A stretch of DNA of 64,000 nt, from positions 3,863-67,862 of the forward strand of contig NIVC01003954.1 of the NCBI GenBank assembly GCA_002269645.1. The letters run 5' to 3'. The translations under genes and the position numbers were made by a program. Below, piece after piece: positions 1 through 11,710 of the stretch. The stretch comes from Macrostomum lignano. Lineage: Eukaryota. Each line of letters opens with the position of its first letter. Within the stretch, counting starts at the first letter, position 1. The notes beneath the pieces were generated by a model, which saw only the letters and a program-made list of their open reading frames with translations, did no database searches and had not been told where the DNA came from.

Positions 1-189
1 CAAAGAAGGAGTTAAAATATTTCACCAATATGTTTTTGGACATCATTTTATACTAATTGTTTCGCGTCCCGGTAGTTTAAGTTGTCCCTGGCTATATACT
101 TATATCGGGCTCGTCCACTCAGAAAATTTGATGTCGAGTAAAACAAACCGCTTGTCCAATCGGAAAATTTGGTATGTGTCGAGTATAAC

Positions 190-355
190 TGTTGTGTATG
201 AACTTAAGTTCTATGGTTTATGGTGAAGCCTTATTCATATTTTAAGTATAGCAGCCAGCTACTTCGCTTCGGAAAATATACGCGCTGCATGCATCTACGA
301 TCTCTTCCTAACTCGGCATCTTGCATTCGTCTTCGTTACTACGAAAAGTGCAACA
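190..355 (+). repeat. 5' LTR (166 bp)
   Basis: TGTTGTGTATG...AAGTGCAACA, repeated at 4274-4440. Confidence 0.95.
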
Positions 356-417
356 TGGCGACGAGGAAAATTTAATTCGCCGCGGGACGATACTGCAGTC
401 ACCAAATCTTCATCCCG

Positions 418-1053
418 ATGTCTTCCGGACTCGACTTCCGACTGGGGGAGATGCCGCTGTGCTACCCCGATGTCGAACAGTATTTCAAGCGCCTCGGTTT
501 TTACATTAGCGCAACGGAAAAGAATGACCAGAGCAAAGCCGTTATACTTGCTACTTGTGGAAATGCCGCATTTTCACTGATTGAGACACTTGTGCAGCCA
601 GAAGACATTTTAAACGATACAAAGTGTACGTTCGATTTCATCAAAGAAGCGGTAGTAGTGAGCCACTTGAAACCCAAGCGCCTTCTTCACTACGACAGAC
701 ATCTGCTACATACCATGGTCCAAATACAGGGTGAGTCGGTGACAAAGTTTTTGGAGAGACTGAAGACACAGGCCAACAAATGCGAATTCGGCAACCTGCG
801 AGAAGAGTTAATTCTTTCTCAGTATATTTTCGGACTGGCTGATAATTCTCTGAAGCAAAAATTACTAGTGAAGGAAAAGCTGGATCTAGAGACTGCGGTT
901 AAGGATAGTCTCTTATCGGAGTCCGTATCTCAAGCTACTGATTCGAGCAAAACCGTCGCAGCAGTGCAGAAAACCACTCACAAGAAGAACCGGCAGCAAC
1001 CAAAAGTATCCAACGGTATCCAGGCCAATGCCAACAACGCCGAATCATTCTAA
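418..1053 (+). CDS. gag: gag N-terminal/capsid region of the retrotransposon (stops before the zinc knuckles)
   Basis: 211-aa ORF downstream of the PBS with gypsy gag-like segments (ERLKTQANKCEFG, QYIFGLADNSLKQKLL). Confidence 0.8.
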   Translation: MSSGLDFRLGEMPLCYPDVEQYFKRLGFYISATEKNDQSKAVILATCGNAAFSLIETLVQPEDILNDTKCTFDFIKEAVVVSHLKPKRLLHYDRHLLHTMVQIQGESVTKFLERLKTQANKCEFGNLREELILSQYIFGLADNSLKQKLLVKEKLDLETAVKDSLLSESVSQATDSSKTVAAVQKTTHKKNRQQPKVSNGIQANANNAESF

Positions 1054-4000
1054 GTCTAGCTGCCATTCCTGTGGTAACCCGGGTCATCTTAGAAATACCT
1101 GCAAGTTCCGTAATGCGACATGTCACAAGTGCGGAAAAACCGGGCACATTGCCAGAGCATGCAGGTCCAACATCGGTGGCAGCAAGAAAGTCACGTACGC
1201 GGAAGTTGAAGCAACCGACGCTGATCCACCTGATTCAGCTGTGTACTCGGTGATCAAGGCTACTCCATGCGACGAACTCTGGAAAATAGTCTGCACGATC
1301 GGTGATTCCACAGTCCATATGTGCGTCGACTCTGGTAGTCAGGTAACAATTTTGCCAGCATCCATCGTAGAGCAAGCCGGATTGCACATGGTTGACGCGG
1401 ACATTCGATCACTCAAAGTTTTCGGGGGAGCTTCAGTTTCCGTACGAGGCATGGCTAAGGACGTCACAATTGAGCTGAGAAACGGCAAAACGGCATGCGG
1501 AGACATATATGTCGGGGACCAATCCAGTCAAGCCATTTTGGGAATAAATTTTATTCGTGCCTTCAACCTATTGACGGTAGACGAATTTCTGTGCCATCCA
1601 GTGCAGTGTGATGAAAATTCAAGATTCCAGGCCAGCTTTCGCCTGAAGGACGGGGCCTCTACCGATGGAATGTGCTTTCCTGTCAGATCCCTTCCGTTCT
1701 CAATTAAAACTTTGGTTGAACTGGAGCTGAAAAGACTGGAAAGTGCAGGTATCATCTACCCGCCTAAGGTATCGTGCCCTATTGTTCCTGTGTTGAAACC
1801 AGAAGGATCAAAGAGACCCATTAGACTGTGTGGAGACTATTCAGTCACTCTCAACAGACTGATAAACCGAGATCGATATCGACTGCCAACTTTGAAAGAA
1901 ATCCTTCAAAAGATCCCAAATTCGAAAGTGTATTCAGTGCTTGACCTCGAAGACGCATTCTTGCAGATTCCCCTAACGCCAGAAAGTCAGGATCTTACGT
2001 GTATTTCCACCCACGTAGGACATTTTGCCTTCCGCAAGTTACAATTTGGGATATCGGCAGCACCACTGATATTTCAGGAAGTTATGGATATCTTGCTCAA
2101 AGGAAAACCAGGCACTGCTTCTTATCAGGACGACATCATTCTAGGCACTGAAACAATGGAGCAGCATCGACAGATCCTGGTGCAAGTCAAGGAAAAACTG
2201 AAAAAGCATGGATTCAAGATCAATGAGCGTAAGACTCAGGAGTGCAAGAAAGAAGTCACATTTCTGGGATTTCTCCTCCGAGATGGGAAACTTTTGCCTG
2301 ATCCTGCAAGAGTGGAAGCTCTATCCAACTTGACATTACCAAAAGACCGGGATCAATTGAGAAGTGCTATATGCACCTTAAGACACTACGGGATTTTTTG
2401 TCGGAACTTCTCTATGATCGCCAAGCCGCTCTATTACCTCCTAAAGAAAGGGGTTCAGTGGAAATGGACTGTCGTTCACTCAAGTGCGTTCTCCCAACTG
2501 AAAGCTGCTGTAACGGAAGGTCGAATCGTTTCTTATGATATAAAAAGGCCGTTGCTTCTAACCTGCGACGCTTCTCAGAGTGGAGTCGGATTTGTGCTGT
2601 CCCACGACACGAACCAAAAAGAAGTTGTATGGCTGGGAAGCAGAGTTTTGACCAAGGCTGAGGCCAACTACGCCAACCTTGAGCGGGAGGCTCTTGCAAT
2701 TATCGAGGGTGTAAAATATTTTCATCAATTTCTGGCAGGCCGTCGTTTTACAATCATCTCTGATCACAGACCTTTGCAGTACATCTTCTCTACAACAAAA
2801 GTTCCTGACCGAGTTTCTGCGAGACTCCAGAGATGGGCATTGCTGCTCAGATCCTATGACTACACTGTCACTTACTCAAAAGGAGACACCATGCTCGCAG
2901 CAGATACTCTGTCCAGAATTCCTTCAACAAACGCTTCTACTTCGTTTTCAAATTTTGATGTCAATCTGCTGGAGGTAAACTCTCTCGTAGAATTTTCTTC
3001 TTCTGGGACAATTCTTCGGCGTGTCGCCAACACCAGAGACCCTGAAATTGATATTATCAAGAAGTTTGTTACTCAAGGTTGGCCAAGCTACATTTCTAAA
3101 CAGCTGCTTCCGTACACCAAATCCAAGGCGGAGTACTCCATTCAAAACGGGATTCTGTTCAAAGGGATCCGAATCGTGCCTCCAAAGTTCATGCGCAGAG
3201 AAATTCTTCAAATTCTTCACGAGAATCATCCGGGCATTGTGCGCATGATCAGACTAGCTCGAGAGTACTTCTGGTGGCCTTACATTGACGCCCAGATCAA
3301 TAGCTTCGTTCAAAGGTGTCCTTCCTGCCAACTAAATTCGAGAAAGCGAACAAATGCAAATCTGCATTCATGGGAAGATGCAAAGTTCTTCTTCGAACGT
3401 GTTCATCTGGACATAGCATATTTCAAGGAGAAACACTTCTTGGTTCTCATCGACTCCTTCTCTCGGTGGATTGATGTACATCAGCTGTCAAATCTGACAG
3501 CCAACTCTCTTATTCCAGCATGCAGACGAACATTTAAGTACATGGGACTTCCAACGTGCATTGTGATTGACAATGGAACCAATTTTCGATCAAAAGAGTT
3601 CACAGAATTTCTCAAGAAGAATCTAATTAACCATGTCCTAACACCACCTGGTCATCACCAGTCAAATGGGATTGTGGAGAGAGCTATCCAAGAGTTGAAA
3701 GTGACTCTGAAGCAGAACAGTAATGACATAGGTTCCGAATGTGAGAAGGTGTTGATATCATTCTGCCTTTCGAAGAACACTACACCGAATTCCGAAGGAG
3801 CGATTCCTGCTGCACAACTGTTTATGCAACGCCCAAGAACGCGCCTCACTGCAACCTTTACAGAATGGGACAAACCGCTAACTACCCCAATTCCTGTCTA
3901 CATCAACGTAGGAAAGTCAGACAAGGTCCCAGAAGAAATCCAAGGACTTCATGGATCCAATACCTACTTGGACAGCAAAGGACGGGTTGTCCATGCATCT

Positions 4001-4201
4001 GATGCAACGCCAAGGACTACAGAGAACTCACAAGAGATTACCTCGCCTGGACCTGCCAATGTTGGCAGCAGCAAGGAGAAGGAAATGGAGACTACGACTC
4101 CTGCTGAAGTGGATACAACCAGCGATCAAAGTCCCGAGTACCAAGTTTCTCGTCGAAGTCAGAGGCTCCGAAAAGCCGCTGATCGGCTGACCTATTCCTG
4201 A
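1028..4201 (+). CDS. pol: gag C-terminus (2 CCHC knuckles) fused to pol: protease, RT, RNase H, integrase
   Basis: Two CX2CX4HX4C motifs; protease VDSGS; RT YQDD; RNase H CDAS...EREALA...SDHRPL; integrase HHCC plus D-D-E (HLDIA, IDNG, IVERA). Confidence 0.93.
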   Translation: MPTTPNHSKSSCHSCGNPGHLRNTCKFRNATCHKCGKTGHIARACRSNIGGSKKVTYAEVEATDADPPDSAVYSVIKATPCDELWKIVCTIGDSTVHMCVDSGSQVTILPASIVEQAGLHMVDADIRSLKVFGGASVSVRGMAKDVTIELRNGKTACGDIYVGDQSSQAILGINFIRAFNLLTVDEFLCHPVQCDENSRFQASFRLKDGASTDGMCFPVRSLPFSIKTLVELELKRLESAGIIYPPKVSCPIVPVLKPEGSKRPIRLCGDYSVTLNRLINRDRYRLPTLKEILQKIPNSKVYSVLDLEDAFLQIPLTPESQDLTCISTHVGHFAFRKLQFGISAAPLIFQEVMDILLKGKPGTASYQDDIILGTETMEQHRQILVQVKEKLKKHGFKINERKTQECKKEVTFLGFLLRDGKLLPDPARVEALSNLTLPKDRDQLRSAICTLRHYGIFCRNFSMIAKPLYYLLKKGVQWKWTVVHSSAFSQLKAAVTEGRIVSYDIKRPLLLTCDASQSGVGFVLSHDTNQKEVVWLGSRVLTKAEANYANLEREALAIIEGVKYFHQFLAGRRFTIISDHRPLQYIFSTTKVPDRVSARLQRWALLLRSYDYTVTYSKGDTMLAADTLSRIPSTNASTSFSNFDVNLLEVNSLVEFSSSGTILRRVANTRDPEIDIIKKFVTQGWPSYISKQLLPYTKSKAEYSIQNGILFKGIRIVPPKFMRREILQILHENHPGIVRMIRLAREYFWWPYIDAQINSFVQRCPSCQLNSRKRTNANLHSWEDAKFFFERVHLDIAYFKEKHFLVLIDSFSRWIDVHQLSNLTANSLIPACRRTFKYMGLPTCIVIDNGTNFRSKEFTEFLKKNLINHVLTPPGHHQSNGIVERAIQELKVTLKQNSNDIGSECEKVLISFCLSKNTTPNSEGAIPAAQLFMQRPRTRLTATFTEWDKPLTTPIPVYINVGKSDKVPEEIQGLHGSNTYLDSKGRVVHASDATPRTTENSQEITSPGPANVGSSKEKEMETTTPAEVDTTSDQSPEYQVSRRSQRLRKAADRLTYS

Positions 4202-4273
4202 TTTATTTGATCGTTAGACAAAATAGAAAACAGTCATTTATTTCTCTCCAGGTTAATTGCTAAAATGTGGGGG

Positions 4274-4440
4274 TGTTGTGTATGAACTTAAGTTCTATGG
4301 TTTATGGGTGAAGCCTTATTCATATTTTAAGTATAACAGCCAGCTACTTCGCTTCGGAAAATATACGCGCTGCATGCATCTACGATCTCTTCCTAACTCG
4401 GCATCTTGCATTCGTCTTCGTTACTACGAAAAGTACAACA
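4274..4440 (+). repeat. 3' LTR (167 bp)
   Basis: Direct repeat of 190-355, immediately after AAAATGTGGGGG. Confidence 0.95.
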
Positions 4441-6066
4441 AAGCAATTTGTCCAATCAGATTGCTTTTCATGAGCAGAATTTGAGGCAGAACTTCAAAAG
4501 TTTGATCAACTTTGAGGCAGAAACTTCCAGCTCAGTTATAAGAGAGTGTGAATTTGGGAGGAAAGCTGAATCCGATCGAAGTTTTTTTTAAGTTTTCTTT
4601 TTTCGCCCTGCATGCTGGCCATGAAGATGATCCTGGCCAATTTATTAGGCGAAGGCCGCGCGCAGTGTACTTGAAGCATGCAGCTTCCAGACAATCATAC
4701 AAATCGATCAGCGCGATTCTAAAAAAATTTAAACCATCCGCCAGACATACATGTATGTGTTTTTAATACTTAAAAGCTCTGCTAGTTCTTCGAGCTATCC
4801 ACTGACAAGTTATTTTTTTCTACACAGCTCTCTAGGCCTAAAAAGCCCCAATCAAAAATTAAAGTTTTTTAAGGCCGAACCCATCAAACTCGTCAAATAG
4901 TCATACATGTAAAAGGCCTTCAGCGTACATACACGAAGTATGTGAACTCGCATTCCGGGCATTGCCGAATGGCATAAGCCAACAAGTGAATGCAGTTAAT
5001 AATGGTTTTTACCGTATAGACGTTGTAGTACTTTGAATAAAAATACTTGGTAGATCAATCAACATGCAGACAATATATATACATGTATATGGCACATTTG
5101 CACGCTAGCTAATCGCGATCTTTGTCTATGGTAAATTTTACGTTTTAATTTTACGAATTTCTATCAGAAGTACGACTACAAACTAATCCAAGGACCACTA
5201 GAATGATTTTTAACTGCCATTTTCTCCTTATTCAACCTTATTCATTCCTCCTTATTTATTGCTTACATTACTTGTAATAATTGATTGAAATAATAATGGT
5301 TTTTGTAGCAAGGTGTCACATCTAGTCCGGCAGATTAAAAACACCGTAAAAAGCAGGCGTTTTCTTGCAAAAAAGTATTGAGTAACAAAAACAGCGTTCT
5401 GTATATTTTGTACATAAACTTTGTCATTTGAAAGATGTTTATTTTGAGAGGTTTTAGTTTAAATATTTATTTTCAGCGTAATTATAAAACTAACTTTTTG
5501 TTTCTTAACGATAAAAATTGGGCACAGAGAGACCAGACTCTGCTTGATTGATTGATAACAACAATTTTTCGGGGGTCATGCATGTTCTAACTTGAGGTTT
5601 TGCTTTGCCTTACTTACGATATTTAAATCTTGCGAAAAACAGATTTAGAAATTGATTAGATAGAGCATTGATTTGATAAGCCCTATTTTAAAAGAACTTG
5701 AAATTGTAGCCTTAGATTTCAGCTATTTCAGCTTATCATAAATAATTTTTTTTCCAAATTGAGAGTAAACCTAGTGCAGTGGTAATGGCTAACAAACTTG
5801 TATTAATTACTCCTAAAATTGTTCTTCATATCATAGCACTAGGCCTTTATGAGGCTTAGTGATAATAGGTTCTGTTCTTAGCCAACAAAAGTCCTATACT
5901 GACCTATAGGCCAAGCTTATATTTTTTCCTAGTAGCTATTAGTAGGCCTAATGTAAAAAAGATAGTAAATTTGCCTAATCAAATGCAGTCACATCATGGC
6001 TATTTTAAAGACAGCTAATGGAATTTTAATTAGATTTTTTGTCAAAAGCAAGATTTAATCTTGTTG

Positions 6067-6598
6067 CATACATGCGCAACTGCTGGCCGACCTGGCCGAT
6101 CCGGCCACCGTAAATCGTGGCTGACCAGGGGTAAGTCGCAAAATTGAGTCAACCAAAAACAGAAAAACACAAGAACCAAGAAAGGCAAGAGGAAAGTGAA
6201 AGAAAGAGCAGTTCAGGGAAAATCGTGAAGCAAAAGAAAAACAATTCGCAAAAGAAGCAAACTAAGTTGTAAAAATAATCAGGTAAGTCGCAAAAGAAGC
6301 AAACTAAGTCGCAAAAAGGATCAGGTAAGTTGCAACAGAAATCAGGTAAGTCGCAAAAGAAGCAAACTATGTCGCAAAAAGGATCAGGTAAGTCGCAAAA
6401 GGATTAGGTAAGTCGCAAAAAGGATTAGGTAAGTTGAAAAAAGGATTAAGTAAGTCGCAAAAAGGATTAGGTAAGTTTCAAAAGGGTTAGGTAAGTCGCA
6501 AAAGGATTAGGTAAGTCGCAAAAGGATTAGGTAAGTCGCAAAAGGATTAGGTAAGTCGCAAAAAGGATTAAGTAAGTCGCAAAAAGGATTAGGTAAGT
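6067..6598. mobile_element. Left end of a hAT-like non-autonomous element followed by an array of its internal motif (A/G)GGTAAGTCGCAAAA
   Basis: 6067-6140 nearly matches 7162-7238. No right TIR seen. About 20-21-bp units from roughly 6280 to 6598. Confidence 0.65.
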
Positions 6599-7161
6599 CT
6601 CTTTTCTTTTTTATTTCTTTTTACTCTCTTTATCCTCTCTTGTCTCTCCTCTTTTCTCTTTGTTTTCTATATTCTCTTCTCTCTTTTTCTTCTTTCCCCT
6701 TCTCTTCACTTCCCTTTTCTCTTAGCTCTCTTATCACTCATTTCTTTTCTCTTCTATACTTTCTCTTTTCCTTTTTACCTTTTCTCTCTTTCCCCTCTTC
6801 TCTCCTTTTATTTTCTCTCAATTCTCTCATCCCCTCTCCAGCCTCTCTTCTCTGTTCTAATTGTTTGTTCTCTCTCTCCCTCTGCTTTCTACTCTTATCT
6901 ACCTACACTTGTAGCCATGAGCTAGATTCTTTATCTAGCCCATGAGATAAAAGTTTGCCAAATGCCAACCCCTACTTCAAAAGCCAGTTTTTGGGACATA
7001 AGTACTCTCATGGATAGTCATAGTTGTTTCATTCCGTAGGCTATTGTGATTGTTGATTGCTTCGATCATGTCATCTTTCTGGCTAATTTACAGTCTGAAT
7101 CCATAGCAATTTGCAATTTGGGAGTCCATAGCAAAGTAATTTATAAATTGATACATGGATT

Positions 7162-7426
7162 CATACATGCGCAACTGCTGGCCGACCTGGCCAATCTGGC
7201 CACCATAAATTGTGGTGGACCAGGGGTAAGTCGCAAAAATGCCCAGCCTAAAGAATACAGATGTAGTACTAATTAGATGACGGGGAATTTAGCCCTTATA
7301 AGACAGTCATAGTTACTCCTGCCGTTTACCAAAAATTGCGTTAGGGTTTCTTTCACAGGTAAGTCGCATTTTTGGTCAAAAAGTCAGTCGCATGGCCAGT
7401 GTAAATCAGGGGGTTGCGCATGTATG
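7162..7426. mobile_element. hAT-type MITE, 265 bp
   Basis: Perfect 14-bp TIR CATACATGCGCAAC / GTTGCGCATGTATG with 8-bp TSD CATGGATT (7154-7161, 7427-7434). An 8-bp TSD is typical of hAT. Confidence 0.88.
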
Positions 7427-7600
7427 CATGGATTGATAGACTGAGTTTTTATTTTTATAGATATAGATAAGAAAATGATGTTTATCATATCAAATATAAG
7501 TATTATTTAAAATATCAACATGAAGTATTATTTGAGTTGCCGATGCATTTCGTCCATTTGCATTATGGACGAAAATCCATAATGACAATGGAAAACCGGA

Positions 7601-8275
7601 TTGATTCGTTGCTTTCTTCACTGGGCTTTTTCCACTTGCAGCTCTTGGAGACTTTTCCACAACGAAGTTGAAATCCTCACCAATCTGCTCAGCTACAATG
7701 GCTATCCTAAGAACTTTGTGATGAAAATTGTCAACTCTTTTCTCAATGACAAACTGACTGAACCTAATCGGATGAAAGTTCGTGATTCCACCTCTGAATG
7801 TCCCTTGATCACTTTGCCTTACTTTGGTGTTTGTTCTATAGAGTTTAAAAAGAAGTTAGAAAAGCTGCTCCGTAAAGACTTAAACACTCAAATCCGTGTT
7901 GTGTTTCGCACCGAAAAGATTGCTAAGTTTGTCTGCAAGTTGAAATCCAGTGTTCCACGTCCTCTCGCGGCTGGTGTCGTGTATAAATTTGTTTGCTCTG
8001 AGGACCAGAGCATCTCCTACATAGGAAAAACTAAACGACACTTATACACGAGGGTCAGAGAGCACTGGCTAAAAAACTCTGCTATTAACGAACACCTGCT
8101 AACCTGCAATTCTTGTTGTGAGGCTGAACCACACGAAATGATAAAGGCTATTGATTTTTGTAATAGAGATCACATGCTCTGCCTATTAGAAGCCCTGTAC
8201 ATTAAGACCAAACAGCCCACGTTAAATAACCAACTTGCGATGGGTGGGGCTAGCCGTCAACTCAGAATTTTTTAG
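7601..8275 (+). pseudogene. PLE RT C-terminal region plus GIY-YIG endonuclease (truncated ORF)
   Basis: NGYPKNF...ITLPYFG...GVVYKFVC...YIGKTKRHLYTRVREH...LEALYIK...PTLN. Confidence 0.88.
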
Positions 8276-8461
8276 CTGATTTGTCAATGACCGGACTGGC
8301 TTGAAACTGATATGCACTTTACCCAACCAATACTGTATCAAAAATTGATTACTATGTACAAGTTTTAAACCATCAATTAAAAACTCAATTCAACTACTCT
8401 TGTTACTCTCAACTATCTATATATACTGAATATTCGTTCAAATTGTTTCTCAATAAAAAGA

Positions 8462-8501
8462 CCCTGACGATGTCCTAATGCAAATGGACGAAATGCATCG
8501 G
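8462..8501 (+). ncRNA. Minimal hammerhead ribozyme in the PLE pLTR
   Basis: cc-CTGACGA-t-GTCC(taatgcaaat)GGAC-GAAA-TGCA-TC-gg: core boxes, stem II and palindromic stem III. Stem I is weak. Confidence 0.75.
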
Positions 8502-9984
8502 CAACTCAAATAATACTTCATGTTGATATTTACCTTTATTTATCTACTCTTCATCAAGCGAGCCACTTTACCTGATTTCTATTTAAAATAGCTTTCAAAA
8601 TCTTACCTCAATTCTTAATAATTAAATGTCTTATGTTTATACATAGCATAAGTAAATAGACTTATTAAGGTTTTTACTGAATAAAAATAACAATAATAAT
8701 AAGATTAGAAAATGATGATCCTAATTCTAAGAATAACAAAGAGCTTTCATCTAACCTCCCACTGAGCTTTAGTTAGTCATTCAAACAAGTATCTAATTTC
8801 ATTTCGAGTATATCTGATTAGAAAGGCCATGCCTTATCTCAATTAGTGCCATTAGCATTTTTCAAGTTTGCACTCCATGCTTATAACTTTAAGGTGCAGC
8901 TCTACATTTTCATTGGCCAATTGTTCCACAGTTATATCTTGGGCTACCAGATCTATCTACAGTCAGCTATGAACATAGAGGTGAAAAATGTGTACAATAA
9001 TATCAATATTGCTATATATTACCAAGTGGCAATATCCCAATTGTAACCACACAAGTCATGTAACCACAACAAAAACTATACAATGATGAATACCAAAATA
9101 CAAATTGTTTCAAACATACAAGTAAATTACTTAATACCATTGTGGCATGTGCACTAGTTTAGGAAGACAGTGGAGGATTTCAATGATGCGGCAGCAAGGG
9201 CAGTCTAAAGAAATCTTTGCCTAGTTTATCATCATCATTTTCCTCTTGATCCTCTTCTTCCTTTGCTGCAACTTGTTGCTGCTTTTAGAGCTCCAGCACT
9301 TCTTGCTGCCTTTGCACATTCACTTGCTGAAACTTTATTAGCTGTTGCTATCATTGCAATAGCCACTGTTGCTCCTCAAGCAGCCAATTGAATGTAGCAA
9401 GTCTGTTTTGCTAGGGTTAGGCATATCATTTTGTTGCAGTAATTGCTACTGCTGATATAGGTTCACTAGCAGAGCTCTGCTCAATTCCTAGTTGCTGTTG
9501 GTCTCCAAACTCTTCCTGTAAGTCTTCCAGGTAAGGTATCAAAACCTTGCCTTGTCCTCTATCATATCTTCTTCTTCCTCCTGCTCATTATGCCAGTCTA
9601 TACCTTTATACTCGTAGCTGCAAAAAGCAACTATACAGTAATATTCCTATCTTGACTGCATACAAGTATCTCCCACCATTGTGGCAATACCTGACCATTA
9701 TTTATCAACTATTCGCAACCTAACCTAGCTGAGGAACTTCATTCACTTCCCTAGTTCAATTGATACAGATAAATCAAGTAGCTATAATTATATGTACATA
9801 TGCAACAACAAAGCCTTTGTAGGATAAAATGAACAACACAAGAAAAAGGTAATATCAAGCAGGACTAAAAAGCATATTGAGTGCTGGCAGTTGCCAAACT
9901 GGCTAACTATAGGTATAAAACATTTTGAAGCAAACAGCTTTTTTCTACATTTGTGTTAAATTTCTCTTGGAATAAAGTCTTTTA

Positions 9985-10927
9985 TGAGGGGTATTCCATA
10001 AGTACTTATACTTTTGCATGCTACTCATGAACAATGCAATCAATCATTACAAGTTAGGTGTCTCTAGAAAGCAGCTTTTCCCTTCTACAATTTGCTACCA
10101 GAATCATTTGGTTCTGTCAGTTTTATCAAAAGTTACAACTACATATGTAGAAAAAGGTCACCCATAGACTTACAAAAAATTTGGAGAAGAGTAATTGCAA
10201 TATTAAACTGGGAACCCATCAAGCAGTCAGCTTGGCAAAGTCTATGTGTGATAAGTAGCAGTGCACAGTTTTGCTTGGGGTATCCAGCCTGTCTGCCATC
10301 TGATGAATAGTCAGCCAACAGTCTAGCAGATCCAGAATTAGCTCAATAAGAGCATCAGAGCCCAATGTGCTAGGTTGGCCAGACCTGGGCAGATCAGCAA
10401 CATTGGTCCTTCCTGCCTCAAACTGCTTAACCCAGTTGTAAACTGTCATCCTGCTTACCCCGCTAGCTCTATAAATGTTTCATAAATCTGAAAAGATCTC
10501 AGAGCACCTCTTTCCAAGCTTCTTAAGTGTGAAAATTGCAGCATGTAGTCCTTTTGAGTTCATATTCATGGTAATGCAGCAGCCAAGGTAGGTGATATGC
10601 TCTTCAAACAGCAAGAAAAAGCAGTGAAAATTTCTCAAGAAGTCACACTAACACTAAAAGTTTGACTTCTCAGCTAAGCTGAAGCGAGAATTTTCTATAG
10701 AGAAAAAATTTATGCCTTCAAGAAAGCAAAGGAAGGTGAACTAAAAATTTTTTGCAACATTTTTTCTTGTAAGTCTATGGGTGACCTTTTGCTACATATG
10801 TAGTTGTAACTTTTGATAAAACTGACAGAACCAAATGATTCTGGTAGCAAATTGTAGAAGGGAAAAGCTGCTTTCTAGAGACACCTAACTTGTAATGATT
10901 GATTGCATTGTTCATGAGTAGCATGCA
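9985..10927 (-). mobile_element. Internally deleted mariner-family transposon
   Basis: About 160-bp inverted repeats (~10015-10178 / ~10765-10927). TA followed by TGAGGGGTATTCCATAAGT, a mariner-like terminus, at 9983. Minus-strand transposase remnant (~10569-10195) reads ...VSRMTVYNWVKQFEAGRTNVADLPRSGQP...KLTA*WVP, with stops, and is cut just after the WVP motif. Confidence 0.85.
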
Positions 10928-11439
10928 TATATGCAGAGACAAACAGTACAGGTATACAAAAGCTGGATTTGAGGTAAATGCCTGATATATAGCTTATACA
11001 TCATGCTGAAATTCAAACTTATTACTATACCTTTTCTTATAATATACACATTTACCTAAAGTCTACAAGTACCTTAAAATGCATCACACGTGAAATCATA
11101 ACAGATCAGACACCTAGAATAATTAATAACTAGAATGACAATATAGGTCACAGGTCACAGGTCAAGCAAATACAGGTCACAAATCTTTTCCACAACTTCT
11201 TTTCACTGTACAAACCATAGCCACAGCATTTAGCTCAGTTAATTAGATGTCCAACCACAGCCTTGAATTAGTGACAGTTGGGACAAACTCTGTTGCTGAA
11301 TAATAGCTGCAAAAGTGAGCAAAAAGTTTTTTTTAGAATGCAACTAGCAATCTACGCCTCTCACTGGGGAGCCAAAGAAATGCAATACACATTTTTTAAT
11401 AAGCTACATGTAGCCTTGAAATCTTAAAAAATCTCCTGT

Positions 11440-11710
11440 CAAACTTCTAACCCTAACTCTAACCATAACCCTAAATTTAATATTTTGTCCATGATTTTTA
11501 TATGACGCTTCCATTATTTTTGCATGATGCTTTCATGATTTTTACATGATGCTTCCATTATTTTTGCATGACGCTTCCATGATAAACATTTTTAATAAGC
11601 TACATGTGCTAAGTTATAAGCTACCCTAACCCTAACCCGAATCTTAACACAATAACCCTGAACCTAACCCTAAACCTAAACCCTAATACCAACCCTAACA
11701 CTAACCCTAC
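11440..11710. repeat. Degenerate (CCCTAA)-like repeats flanking a short ~24-bp tandem repeat
   Basis: ccctaactctaaccataaccctaa and ccctaaccctaacccgaat...ctaaccctac. Confidence 0.55.

Larger units (their letters stand above)
190..4440 (+). mobile_element. Ty3/gypsy LTR retrotransposon (Mag-like), near full length
   Basis: Two TG...CA LTRs (190-355, 4274-4440) differing by 2 substitutions and 1 indel. PBS-like TGGCGACGAGG at 356-366, purine-rich PPT-like tract at 4262-4273. Domain order gag, PR, RT, RNase H, IN. Confidence 0.95.
7510..8531 (+). mobile_element. 5'-truncated Penelope-like retroelement with inverted partial pLTR
   Basis: 7510-7565 is the reverse complement of 8476-8531. The internal ORF encodes the RT C-terminal region and a GIY-YIG endonuclease. 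Confidence 0.88.

Noticed and set aside
9230-9620. Minus-strand Q/E-rich coding-like remnant
   Set aside because: Multiple stops and frame breaks and no recognisable domain; cannot be assigned
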